Shown: piece after piece, positions 1-12,700 of the stretch
Layout: the number at the start of each line of letters is the position of its first letter
How positions within the stretch are numbered: the stretch's first letter is position 1
Source of the DNA: Lepidodermella squamata
Taxonomy: Eukaryota > Animalia > Gastrotricha
NCBI GenBank assembly: GCA_047495785.1
Contig: JBLDXI010000026.1
Coordinates: 930,001 to 994,000 of the forward strand
DNA length: 64,000 nt
Direction: 5' to 3'
Notes under the pieces: generated by a model
What the model was told of the DNA's origin: nothing
Database searches by the model: none
What the model saw: only the letters and a program-made list of their open reading frames with translations
Program-made: the position numbers and the translations under genes

Positions 1-3000
1 GACGCGTTATATGTTGCCTGGTCCGCGATTTTAATCAGCGATTTAGCGAAGCCTTGGCAAGCATCAGCCGCTGCCTGTCTGTCACTATCAACTGTGGTCA
101 GCTGTAGGCCTGATGACTGAAAAAGTAATAAAGCAGAATACTTATATATTAATCTAAATTATATACAAACCTGGCTATCAGCGCATAGACCTTTGATCGG
201 AAGTGAACACGAATCGACGAGCAATCCAAATGCCGTTGGCAAATACCTACGCAAAACAATCATTTGATTTGATCCTTTTCTGAGCAACGATTACAATTTT
301 GACAACAAAACAAAATCAATTCAGGTGAATTCTTTGCTAATTTTTATTTTAACACCGTTAGAATTCCCATGTTCTGGGCTTAATTTTTTTCATAATTTTT
401 TTCCTCGATTCAGGTCATTCACCTGAGAAAAAAGGCTCGAAACTAAGGTGCATTTTTGACAACTCGTTTTTAACTTGACCATCAAGCATCAACCGTGATT
501 CATCGGGTAGTGCGTGGTGAAGACTGCGATATTTTATTTGATTATTGACATTTGACGCTGTTTTCAGGATATTGCTTTGAAATTTCACCAAAAATAAACG
601 AATTTGGGAAAAAAATTATAGACTTATCTACATGAGACAGCGTCATCGAAGTACAATTTAAAAATCGATTAGGGAGTCTTTCAAGGTAGTTTTTTGAGTT
701 GTCAAAATTGAGCTTGCTTTGTAAATTGTACTGACAAGTTTTCAAAATTGCACCTCCAAAATCGCTACTTTGCAATTAATTTTCCTTCAACTGGGTCTTT
801 AAAATTTACTGCTATCACCTCAATAATTACCAGCTAAACGCCAGCTTCATTTTGGTAAGCAAAATTCTACCTAAAACCGCCCAGGTGAAGAGATCCTGAT
901 GGGTGAATTTAGGGATTTCGAGGGTTCGATTCCGAAAATCAGCAATCAATAATGCAATCGAATTCGGGAAAATGAAATCGATACTCTTATTCTGTAGGAG
1001 CCAAGGGATTTTTACGATATTTTCCCAGAATTTTAGGTAGGCAACCGTAGGTAGCCCATCAAGTAGAAAAAATATCAAACTTGAAGAGCATCGTGCCCTA
1101 AATTCGGCCTATTTTTAGGTTATTCCTACTTTGCCAGCCAGGTGAATTTTTGAAAATATTCGCGCCAAACACAGAACTATAGAGGAGTTCTTGGGCTATC
1201 GAATGCCGTTTTCCGCAAGTCCGAAGTCCGATTTTACCTTGATTTGTGGCTACTCCTGTAGGCACCTTGACTCCTGGGCGGAATTAACCTAATTTTGGCC
1301 ACCTCATACATTTACGCTAATACCTTCAGTTTGATACCGTTATATTCGTCTCGGCAAGCCGAGTGTGGAAAATGCCTTTGTGGCTTTACCAGTGAGCTTT
1401 TCCTTGATGACGCGACGTTAAATTCACATGCGCTACTTACATTCACCAGGGCCTGCCATGCCCAACGCGCTGTGCCAAAACGGTATACTTAGATCGATGA
1501 GACTGCCATCCTCCCATGTGAAATCAGCGAATAGACCGATAAATGGATAATATAACCCGACTTGATTTTTGACCGCGTTCCACGCCGCATCGAGATCAGC
1601 CTGTGATGAAAATGTCGCCAGTCGCCCGCCGTCCGTTTTACACTGCTTCCAATGATCATAGAAAAAGCCAATGGGGCCATAGGGTAGCATGGAGAGAAAA
1701 TAAGGACTCAAGTCAGCTAGGCAGCTCGCGTAATTTACAGCAAATTTCGTTGAGTTCGAAAACATGTTAACCTTTTACGGAAGAAAATATGATTTTAGAC
1801 GTATTAGATTGTTGCTTTTACCTGAGTTGAGACACTCGGGCAGATGTTGTAGCACTTTTTGCCATTCTGAGTATTGCACTGAACTGCAATCTAAAAATTA
1901 CCGAGAAAATATTAGTATATCTTGCACTTTTACTAAAGTTCCGTTTAGTATAAAAATATCTCAATTTTTGAGGAATTTACTCAAGTAAAAATTCAATTTG
2001 TCGCTTCGATAGAAGCTTCAGAAAACTTTGAAAAGAGAAATCCTGGCAACTCGCTACAGGAGAAAAGAAAACTGAAGTACCCCTGATAAGCAGTTGGCTT
2101 TGTTTCGGTAGACACCAGTTGAAAATTCCTCGGTTTCATTGGCGAAACAGCGAGAGCTGCTCGGTCGGCAACCAGTGAATTCCCGGGTAGTGGCATCGAA
2201 GCAGCGAATATGCGGCTTGACAGCGTCGGCATAATCGCCTGAAACAAGTTCCAACATTCAGCAATTATTTCTCTGGTTAGCCAGGTAATATTGAATCGAT
2301 AAACTCACTGCCGATACTTTGAAGGCAAGCGTCCAAGCTGGTGAATGGAGTTGCCGATGGAGGCTTCGACTAGACTCACAACAAATTAACAGATAACAGA
2401 TCAGGTATTGAGTGTTTCTCACCGAATTTGTTGGACACGAGAGCTCGCTTGGAACACAGGTGACAAATTTGTTAGCGGCATCGAAACACGCATCGAATTT
2501 GAGAGCCTGTTGTACCAATTTATTTATCAACAACAAAGTGATTTGGAACGATTTTACCGAGAAGGCGTTTTGGTCTGTTGTACAGCTCGCCAAATTTGTC
2601 CTGAACGGGTAAGCGCCGTTGTAGGAGTTTCCAATCTGAAGTTAAAAATTATCACATTATGAAATAATATTTTATTCAAATTATCATGAATTTCGACGGA
2701 AAAATGAAAGCTACAATCGACAGTCTACTATTTCGGCGTCTCAAATCATTCAAAATTAGGTTAGTTCAAGAATGGAATACCATGATATCGGTTGCTTTAT
2801 CACAGCCAGGGCTTCCCGGTCGGCAAGTCACTGCATAACTATTAAATCTGTAGCACAGCCGAGCAGTCTGGGGAAAATTCTGAAAATTATAGAGCAGAAA
2901 ATGACTAAAATATCTCACCGCTCTCAAGCAGGCAGTTTGATCAGACAAGCTGCTTCCAAGCTGAGAAAAAATTCAGAATAATAAATAGCTATTTATAATG

Positions 3001-3263
3001 GGTGGGCAAAGATGGCATTATAAATTTCCAAATGTAGACGATAAAAATATCAAAAAATAATTCGAAAAATTTGGTTATAAATCATGTTCAAAATTGGTAT
3101 AATGACTCACCTGGTATTCGCGTAGTCGTTGACAGCCATAAGGCAATTCGCGGCAATCTGTGAATTTGTCATCGAATTGCGAGAAGCAGCGAACCCACTC
3201 GCCACATTGCACCACATCAGCGACTGCCAACAACGCGGCAAATATCGTGAATGGCAATTTCAT
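1..3263 (-). CDS. Multi-exon secreted protein, copy 1: signal peptide + four 4-Cys modules + C-type lectin domains (3' end runs off the window)
   Basis: Signal peptide MKLPFTIFAALLAVADVVQC at 3263. GT-AG bounded exons encode CFSQFDDKFTDCRELPYGC, CYRFNSYAVTCRPGSPGC, CFDAANKFVTCVPSELSC and CFDATTREFTGCRPSSSRC. CTLD-like exon QCKTDGGRLATFSS...FIGLFADFTWEDGS lies at ~1440-1770. Exon-by-exon homology to 9757-13472. Confidence 0.8.
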
Positions 3264-3294
3264 TAATTGATGTTTTGTAAAATAATGAACGAAA

Positions 3295-3545
3295 ATTTTG
3301 AATATCCTCAGAAACTTTGACTGTTGTGGCTAATATTTGTGATATTTTGGTGATTTGAAATTTTTTTCATTTATGTTTTTTCTTCCCATAGTTTACACAT
3401 TGAGAAAAACAATAACAATCACGTGCATTTTTTACAATCAGGTGCATCCGGCACACGCTTCTTATTTGGCTGTATGTGTCCGAATATAGAGAGAGAAAAA
3501 TTGTCATGCAATTAACTTGCTAATGGGACTCAGAAATGACCTATT
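3295..3545 (-). promoter_or_regulatory. Upstream non-coding block conserved between the two lectin paralogs (partner ~13497-13745)
   Basis: Shared blocks GAATATCCTCAGAAA, AGTTTACACATTGAGAAAAACAATA, CACGTGCATTTTTTACAATCAGGTG and TGTGTCCGAA lie upstream of both start codons. Confidence 0.55.
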
Positions 3546-4433
3546 TCCTAGTATACACATTTACTGTAGCTAGAAATGGGAAAGAAAATCGAACGCTTAA
3601 AATGTCAAGTTCTCGATTTACAATTTTGTCGAATGTTTCCATCCATTTACCTGGATTCAGCTGGTCATTTGAATGAATTTCGCTGGTCATCAATTTCCTG
3701 CTTGGTTAACAGCGCTGAATTTTTTGGCGCGCTGGGATACACATTTTGATTGGTTTGATATGTCTTATTGGCATCGAACAAATTCGCTGAATTTATGACA
3801 ATATAAGCCTAAAACCCTGAAATTTGACAAAGTTGTGAATATTTTTATCTTGTTGTGATTTCATTTCAACCTTTTTCTGATTTCATCATACACCTGCAGA
3901 AAAAGAGCTACGTCGATATCCGGCCGATAATACAACTTTTTGACGGATTCATAATTTACCGTATTTTACGAATTATAAGACCCTGCCCTGTATTTTTTTC
4001 AAACGAGGTTCAAGTCCTGCCCTATATTTAGGGCCTGCCCCATTATTTTGGTTCTGCCCTTTAATTTTTCGAACCTAATCAGTCACATGAAGAGTAACTC
4101 TTCAGTGTTAACAGTGAATATGACGGTTAAAGTGTTAAATTAGTAAATTGAATTGAAATGCATTGAAGATATCAACAAAACAAGGAAGCTGAAAAAGATA
4201 ACCGTCTTGGGGTTATATTTCGGATCTCGCGCCTCGATTTGCAAGCCGGCAGTGGACGCATTGCGCAATTTAGGAATCAGCAAACCGACCATCCATCGAA
4301 TCCTTTCGGAAATAGCCTATCGCAGCAGCAAGATGATTAATTCTTTCCTCTACGAACCCGTTATATGAAATAATCCTAAACCTTGAAACACATATCCAAA
4401 GAAATTCTAGTTACTCCAGTGTCGTTATGGCAA

Positions 4434-4870
4434 CTGTTATTTATAAACGGTGTGGCTATTGGCACATACATTATGTGCCCCTTAATGGCTATTGGCACAT
4501 AACATTTTTCATTTAACTGCTTTTTTCGGGAGTTTAATTCCCAGATACCAGCATTTCAACCTTGCATTAGCAATCTAGGGGCGGCGAATTCACTGGAATC
4601 GTCGGATTTCACGTAACTATGCGATAGACTTCAGATACTCTACTTGGGCTACCCATTAGATGACGGATACCCCGATTTGCGGGCCCATGACTGCAATTTC
4701 GATATGGCCATTCGATTCCCCGTAGACGAAAACCCTAATATCAATACTCGTGGAACATTTCGATGCGTGACTTTCTAAAACATCGAAAATTGAAATTAGC
4801 GTTATGTGCCAATAGCCATTAAGGGGCACATAATTATGTGCCAATAGCAACACCCATTTATAAATAACAG
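4434..4870. mobile_element. MITE-like element with ~70-bp terminal inverted repeats
   Basis: Left CTGTTATTTATAAACGGTGTGGCTATTGGCACATACATTATGTGCCCCTTAATGGCTATTGGCACATAAC is the near-exact reverse complement of 4801-4870. No clear TSD. Confidence 0.75.
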
Positions 4871-5992
4871 CGGGCTTTTGTTGTTTATAACAATAATATA
4901 TTATATATATATATATGAGCCGCGACAAGTGAAAACCGTAGCTTACGCACTTGTGAGAAATTTTCACAAGAACGCAAAGAAGGCTTGATAGCTGAATTTT
5001 GTCAAAATCGACTTTTCATGATTTTCTAGTGCAGTTTTTCATGAGGAATCTGCTGGTGCAATCCGATTTTCTCTGCGATGCCTAGTTTTCATGCTATAAC
5101 CTGAAAATGCGAGTGCGTCAAAAAACATGAAATTTACGCATTTTTCACGCATTTTGTGGTATATTTGGGGTGCGCGTAAAAGTTTTACCATTACATTTTT
5201 CGAACGAGAACACTATATTCATTTCCAAGCTTGTTACTTGTAGTATTTTTAGACATAAAAACCGCCCATAAATTCGAAACTTGACCTTTGACGTTAACGC
5301 GCGGAATGCGGATGACTCATAAAAAAACGTTAAAATCCGAATTTTGAGTGCGATTTTTTCATCATCTCTATGATCAATGTAGCTTTTGGTGATCTGCCAT
5401 CATATCTATGAATAGGGCTAGGTTCCTGTGGCATGGATAAATACTGAATTTGAAGGAACAGGGTAAATCGCCGTTGAAATCAAGATTAAATCATAGGCTA
5501 TGAATTTCATGAACGAATACTGTTTCCTTTGTTTTTCCATTAATTTTCCGAATTTCCCCGTGAAATTACTGCAGCTAGAGTAGAGCCGAGCACCCTAGCT
5601 AGCAGTGAAATTAATTATGAGGCTTATGTCAACAAAATTTGATCTCTTTTCGAGCATAAAATCCTCAATTTTTAATTTTTGGGACCTCTCGCAAATTTTA
5701 AAAGTTATTTAACGAGCCATTAATGTAGCATGATTTTTGAAGTCAAGACTGCTATAGCTATGAATCAACATAACAAGCTCAATACTATTGTTGATTGTGA
5801 GAAGAGGGATCGTCGATTTAACGGAAGCTATCAAATTAGGCCATTGGCACTTCGCATGATTTATCCAAGCTAATCATTTCGGCTGGGCCTGTTGCAGATA
5901 CTTTATTCAGACTTTTATCGTACCGTGATTGCAGAACGGCTAAAATGCCTGCCTTACACATTAAATTCTGTGAAAAATAAGCAGTGTGCCGG

Positions 5993-6129
5993 TGGTTGCG
6001 TAACTAATAAACTCATTGAATCACCCAAAGTAACCTCGTCAAAAATCACCTTCGACTTGTAAATCATATATGGTGATTTTTGACGAGGTTACTTTGGGTG
6101 ATTCAATGAGTTTATTAGTTACGCAACCA
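5993..6129. repeat. Perfect hairpin, 58-bp arms and 21-nt loop
   Basis: TGGTTGCGTAACTAATAAAACTCATTGAATCACCCAAAGTAACCTCGTCAAAAATCACC (5993-6050) versus its exact reverse complement at 6072-6129. Confidence 0.9.
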
Positions 6130-6954
6130 TTATTTTGCTATTTCGAAATTTCTTTGAGGAAATCGAACAAATTGTTCTGAAATTAAGCCCACTGGGGGAT
6201 CTTCGATCCTTTACCGAATATTTTAAAAGTTCGATGGTAAATGGTTCGGTAATTTTCGGTTTTCGATAGAATTTCTTCGGATTTTATAATCCTATTCACA
6301 AGAGAAGATTATTTTTCTTACGGCATTTTGGATTTTTCTAAGAGTTTTCTGGCAATGAGATACGACTTAAAGTTCCTCACGATTACGGAATAATATGGAG
6401 CTTTTTTTAACCCTTTCACGGCCGAATTTTTTATCTAACAAAAAAATAGTTGACAGCATTTCTGGGGGATTTCGAAGAAACCCGTTTTTGAAACCCGTTT
6501 GTCGCTACCTAACATCGTTTAGACTGTGCGAAAAAAGGTGGAAATCGCCCTATCGGCCCAGCTGATTTCAGGCGATTCAGGCGATTTCTAAATTAGATTT
6601 TCAAATGTTACTCATTTGACTTTCATGAAGGTCCCTAACATCCCCCTTCACTGATAACGCTGACAACGGTCAGTCTAAGGAAGTTTTTAAAAGTCAGTAT
6701 TCAGGTCAGAATTCAGCTTTCCGCGCGACAGTTTTGAGGCTCAAGAAGGACGCTTGTATAAGTCTGGGCCGTTAGGGCGATTTCGACTGCTTGACTAAAA
6801 TCAAGGCGGCGCCGTTCATTTTTGTCGAAAGCTGATGAGAATTCAAGTCAATGAGACAATGCCGGAAACTGTAGTATTTTTAGTTTGACCGGATGATGGC
6901 ATGGGGTTACCTTAGTTTCAAATTGAAAAAATCGAAATTTCACCACGGTTACAA

Positions 6955-7605
6955 ATTTTAAAAGGGTCTAAATAAGTGCACCACCTAAAATGAGGTTCCA
7001 GCACTAAATTTGAGAGTGCGTTTACCTAATTTGCAAACAGCTCGCACTAACTCATTTGGGCACCTAAATATGAGTTCCAGCACTAAATATCAGCATTCAG
7101 TGCCTATTACTGCTGTTAAGCCTAGGCGAGGCTCTCAGGCATTCTCAACCACGCGCCCTCAGACGATGCATGACTAGGTTTTCACCGTATTCCGTATTAC
7201 CGGCAGCTCAAGCCACTTTTATAGTGCTGGAGGTAGGCATGGGTTTATGGTTCCGAGAAATGTTAAGGAGTTAGGATTAGGATAGGATGCACACGCGATT
7301 TTGCATAATTTCGGTTTCATAATTTTAAGAGAAATACGGACTTAAAAATAATGCATATTATGCAAATGAGCCATGCTGTTGAGATTAGCATCACTTTATG
7401 ATACACTCTTTCGATTGGGAATTGTTAAGTTGCCACTGCCTACAACTCTGCTACAGAACGCCACCATTGGCTTTTTACGCTTTTTACGCTTATTTAGTGT
7501 TGAATAGGATTAGTGCGAGTGACTTTCAAATTTAGTGCTGGAACCTTAAATTTAGTGCTGGAACCTTATTTTTAGTAGGTGCAGTTGGCACACCCATTTT
7601 AAAAT
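6955..7605. mobile_element. Nested element with degenerate TIRs and repeated GTTCCAGCACTAAAT motif
   Basis: GTTCCAGCACTAAAT at ~6996 and ~7074; inverted ATTTAGTGCTGGAACC twice at ~7530-7565. A related end fragment occurs at ~13111-13167. Confidence 0.6.
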
Positions 7606-8190
7606 GGCTACAGTTTCAAAACGGTGTGAGATAGCGGTCCGATTCTTTCAACTTCTTGTAGCCAACATCGAAAGGTACATACTATTTTGGAGTAATGAAG
7701 AATCTTGGAGCTGAGGCAGTCATTACTCCAAGCATAATATTGCTGAAAAGGGCGATTGAAAATTCATCAAACTGAAATTACAGTACACTGGGACTCAGCT
7801 AATATCATCGAACCTTTATTTTCTTTTCTCGTACCATTTTGATTTAAAGCGTCGGAAATACAAAAATTCCATGAAAAGTAAATTATTCCATCGGAATGAC
7901 TCATTTTAATTTATTTCATCGGAAATCGCTTGGCGGGTCTCAATTTATTGCTATCGAATACATTTGTTGCTCTGTTACGGTTAATATCATGTTGCTAGCA
8001 TGCGAAGATTAACGCGCAGACACGGTTTTGGATATTCCGACGGTCGTTAGGCGTCTTATTTACCTCTGCGTACGGTGCAGGTTGCACGACCTGCACTATT
8101 GATCGTTCAGTTCGCATATTATCAAGCCCTGATTTAATTCCGACGGTGTTAAGACATTCCGCTATTAGCGGGATCGCACGCTAACTTCTA

Positions 8191-8359
8191 CAGGGTGGCC
8201 AAATAAGCCACAGAAAGCGAAATTTATGAGCATCATTTTGATGAGCTTCAAGAAATTTAGGAGTTCCATCGTGAACAAAATGCTTCAAATTTTCGATTTC
8301 TCCTCCTCATTTAATTGATGCGCATCAAACTCGCCTTTCGCGGCTTTTTAGCCGCCCTG
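8191..8359. mobile_element. Small Tc1/mariner-type MITE
   Basis: TA|CAGGGTGGCCAAATAAGCCACAGAAAGCGA ... TCGCCTTTCGCGGCTTTTTAGCCGCCCTG|TA: imperfect TIR with a TA duplication. Confidence 0.65.
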
Positions 8360-8470
8360 TATAATATATGGGGTTATATTGGGTTATAATATAGGGAAAT
8401 TAAAACGATCGCTCAGAAATTGGGATGCTCTTAAAAACTTTCAGCTTTAATTTTTCACGCAGAAAGCATA

Positions 8471-8971
8471 CCGTAAATTGGGGCAAAATGGGCGCGGGAA
8501 AAAAATTACCCTCTGGTTTTGTCGCATTTTTACACGTTTCGCAGAGTGTCCTAATTCCGATTTTATAGGAAGCTCATTTTGCCCCAGGTTTGGGGCAAAT
8601 TGGACAGGTGTTTTTGGGGCTAATTGACCACCCTTATCCTTATAATGGGTTTTTAATATTTAGTGATTGTGAGGGTTGAATGGTGGAGTGGTTGTGATGC
8701 GTCATCAGAACTTGAGCGATCTGATGAGCGACGGTTCGATTCCTCATAAAGTAGCATTTTTTGCAACTCACCTCAGTGCAAAAACATGCCGTGACCTCAT
8801 TTCGGGACATACGTGGCTGGAAATTTGCAGGCCTGTAAGAGGCTTGTTGATAATCGCCCCCGTAAATTTTTGTGAAGTTTTACCTTTTAGTGTTTGAGCT
8901 ATCGATAAAAATGTGAAAACCTCAATTTTTGGCCAATTAGCCCCAAAGGTTCATTTTGCCACAAATGACGG
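8471..8971. mobile_element. pogo/Tc1-mariner-like MITE, short copy (family shared with 19138-20176 and 54681-55714)
   Basis: TA|CCGTAAATTGGGGCAAAATG ... CATTTTGCCACAAATGACGG|TA. Internal sequence is near-identical, in inverted orientation, to parts of 19138-20176. Confidence 0.85.
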
Positions 8972-9756
8972 TACATTCATGCCGTGAGCCGTGAGGACAG
9001 TGCAGGAAATAAGAAAAAAAAACAAAAAAAATCTTTTCCATCTCGGGAAAAATTACGATATCAAAATGTTGAAGATGCGCCCGGCTTGATGACACGGGGT
9101 CGCGAGCTTAATCTTTATGAAGAACCGTGGTTGCTCGCGGCCGTGGCGCGGGTCATCTTCCAGGTTCCAGGGGCTAGGCGATAATTTATGAATAAGTGCA
9201 ATATAACGCGTGTTTCATCGAACATTTGAAATAATATAATGTGTCTTAACCCATCGGAAACTGAGATGAAATAAAATGTTGAATTTTCCGATGGTTTTGT
9301 TGAAAATAAGAAAAATATATATTCCGATGGTTCCGACGCTTTAATTTAAAAAGGTTCGAGAAAAGAAAATAAAGGTTCGATGGTTTCATTTTACTTCGTA
9401 CACTGTCAAAGTCAAAATTCCGTAATCGTCCTTTCATGGCCGTGAAAGGGTTAATCGCATTCTCAACTGAATTCAAGCAACTCTCAGCGCTAAGAAAGCT
9501 GTACCTTTTTAGCTTGATGCCTTCAAAATGTTCACAAATATATTTATTATTTTATTATTGCTTCATGCTTCACCATAAATCATCGGTTAATGAAGAATAT
9601 ATTTGTACATCACATTTTGAAAGCGAGGATAGATCACTGTTTTCGGTGGTTTGAGAGAACTTGGAGAAAACACAGGTTAATTAGTTCAAAATTGTTTGAA
9701 AGTGAGCGACGAATGTCAATTGAGCTAGACGTTCTGTTTTTTGGTCGCTCTTGGTA

Positions 9757-12700
9757 TCATCCGCCTTGTAGCTTCTCGCAAACAGCGTAACGGTTGTTGT
9801 TGCAGACGCTGTGGTAAATCTTGCCATCACGTAGATAAGCACCTATAAGAAAAAAACTCCCATAATTGATCGGACGTTATAGCAGTATGTTTTTACGCCT
9901 TACAGTGCATTGAGGCATCAGGTGCATCTTGAAAATCGAACTGCGAGTTGTTGAACGGCACGCCTGATACCCAGTGATAGCTAGACAGATCTCGACGCAT
10001 TCCGCCGGTATAGAGTTCGTCTTCCAGGCCAGGTACAAACGCAAGAGACGCGTTAAATGTTGCATTGTCCGTTATTTTAATCAGCGTCTTTCCGAGACTT
10101 TTGCATGCATCAGCCGCAGCTTGTCTGTCACTAGCAGGTGGGGTCTGTTGTAGGCCTGATGACTGAGAAAGTATTACACCAGAATATTTAGCTATCAAAA
10201 AAAAATGTTACAACAAACCTGGCTATCAGCGCACAGACCTTTGTACGCAATTGAGCACGAATCAATCGATAATCCACGATGTGCCAGGACAATACCTATG
10301 CAACAAACAAACGTTTTCGCGAGGCCCAAATTATGATGACCCATATTTTTCTAATATTTGTCTGATCATTTGATTTGATCAATATTTGATCCTCCTTTGC
10401 TCCTTAGACAGCAGCAAACAATACATTTCGTGAGGCCCACTGATTGCCCTTACTTTTCCAATTTTTGCCTAATAATTTCAGTTGATAGTTGATCAATATT
10501 TCATTCTGTTTTGTAAGACAAATGACAAATGTTTCGATGTCTCAAGTTCGAAATGCTAATTCTCATTCCCGTAGAAAATTTGTGAATTCGTTTCATTAAT
10601 TATGCAATTTATTTCAAGAAAACAAGAACTAAGAAGCAATTACATGCAAAAGGTTCGGGGAGAAAACTCCGGGTTCGGGCCGGGACTTGATATACCGTTA
10701 CCGAAACTACTAACCCGGGCTTATACAAAAATGATAACTCGAAAAATGGGGAAGAGTAGGCTACTATTTAAGACTGGGCTTCTATTTGAGATAGGCTTAT
10801 GCAACGGAGACCTGGCTTTATTTTCCGTCTTTTACTCTCAAAAGTCATCAAAGTTTTCACTTTAGATATTAGCTAGGTCGTCTTATAGCTGTAAATTAAA
10901 AATGATATGGAAATCTACTACAAAAATAATTGTAAATCGCAGATTATTAAATATCTTCAGGCATTTTTCCTTTTTCAATATCATTCAGCGGATGAGCCAG
11001 TGCACTCGTTTCGAACGTGCCTTAGTAGTCTAGGCTACTATTCGAGATAGGACTATGCATCGACAAATTTCAATTTACCTAAGCTTATAAACGAGTGGGG
11101 GCTTATATTTCGGTAACTACGGTAGTTATCGCGTGGGGCGAATAGTATGACCCGAGCCCGGCGGCCCGAGTGCGGTGCTGAACAATACCGCTGATTCCTA
11201 TTGTTCTCCGCCGTGCTCGGGCCGGCCCGTGAGCGGTGAAGCGTGATTCTTTCGAATTTGTTAAATTTACAGTAAACGTCGCATACGGGCATGTTTTAAA
11301 GCAGCCCGATCGCGGAGCGGCAAATCATTTTTCCCCGTCTGCGAAGGGCCGGCCCGAACGCGTACGGGCAGATTTCGGACTCGGGCCCCAACAAATATAA
11401 AATAATTTATCAGTGGATCGCACGACAGAAATGTTTCATCCCTGCACTCATACTCACAGCAGACTCGTAGCAACGGTCAATTGACCAATCAGCATGCGCG
11501 CCAAAGTTCAAATTTGTAGTGGTTCCGCAATGAAAATCAATGAAGTTCAAATAGTTGTTTCGTCCTGTTACTTACATCCTGCACCGGGTTGTAGGGCATA
11601 CTCGCTGCGCCAAAACGGCGTATAAGGATCGATGAGACTGCCATCCTCCCATGTGAAATCGGCAAACAGACCGATATATGGATAGGAAGACCCCACTTCA
11701 TTTACAACAGCGCTCCAGGCCGAATCGAGATCAGCCTGCGATGAAAATGTCGCCAGTCGCCCGCCGTCAGTTTTGCACTGCTGCAACTGCCGGAGAAAAA
11801 CGCCAGAGTCTAGCCGGGAGAGAAAATAAGGACTCAAATCCTTAGCCGCTAGGCAGCTTGCATGATTTTCAGCGAATTTCGTCGAGTTCGAAAACATCTT
11901 CACCTTTTTCGGAAGAAAGTATAAAATCAGTCGCTGTTCTTAAATTCTCGTGCAATCTTCTACCATTGTAGAGCCACTTGGACAGATGTTGTAACACCGT
12001 TTGCCATTCTGGGTCTCGCACTGAACAGCATGCTGAAAAATAACGAATAAATTTTCTAAATCGAAATTCAAGCTTCCACTTCGACAGAAAATGGTATATT
12101 TTGAAAGTAAGTATACCCAAGAGAGGCAGTTGGCTTTATTTCGGTAGACACCAGTTGAGAATTCCTCGGTTTCATTGGCGAAACAGCGAGAGCTGCTCGG
12201 TCGACAACCAGTGAATTCCCGAGTTGCGGAATTGAAGCAGCGGATGTGCGGCTTGACAGCGTCGGCATAATCGCCTGAAACAAGTTACAACGCATAGCAA
12301 TTGTTTCTCTGGTTAGCCATGTAAAATTGCATCGATCAACTCACTGCCGATACTTTGAAGGCAAGCGTCCAAGCTGGTGAATGGAGTTGCCGATGGAGGC
12401 TTCGACTAGACTCACAACAAATTGACAGATAACAGATCAGGTATTGAGTTTCTCACCGAATTCGTTGGGCACGAGAGTTCGCTTGGAACGCAGGTGACAA
12501 ATTTGTTAGCGGAATCGAAACACGCATCGAATTTACGAGTCTGTGATAACAAGATTGATATTCTCCTTTCAGTGAAAAAACTATTGTAGGATGAATACCG
12601 AGAATGAATTTTGATCTGTAGTGCAACTCGCCAAATTTGACCTGAACGGGTAAAAGCCGTTGTAAGAATTGCCAATCTGAAACAGAGACAAATAATTCGA

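Larger units (their letters stand above)
6411..9450. mobile_element. Non-autonomous piggyBac-type element (~3.0 kb) containing nested insertions
   Basis: TTAA|CCCTTTCACGGCC at 6407-6423 and GGCCGTGAAAGGG|TTAA at 9438-9454: a 13-bp TIR starting CCC with a TTAA duplication. No transposase ORF. Confidence 0.8.

Noticed and set aside
8670-8746. Functional tRNA genes at 8.7, 19.6, 19.9 and 54.9 kb
   Set aside because: A/B boxes are present, but there is no proper T-stem, acceptor stem or 7-nt anticodon loop, and all lie inside transposon copies.
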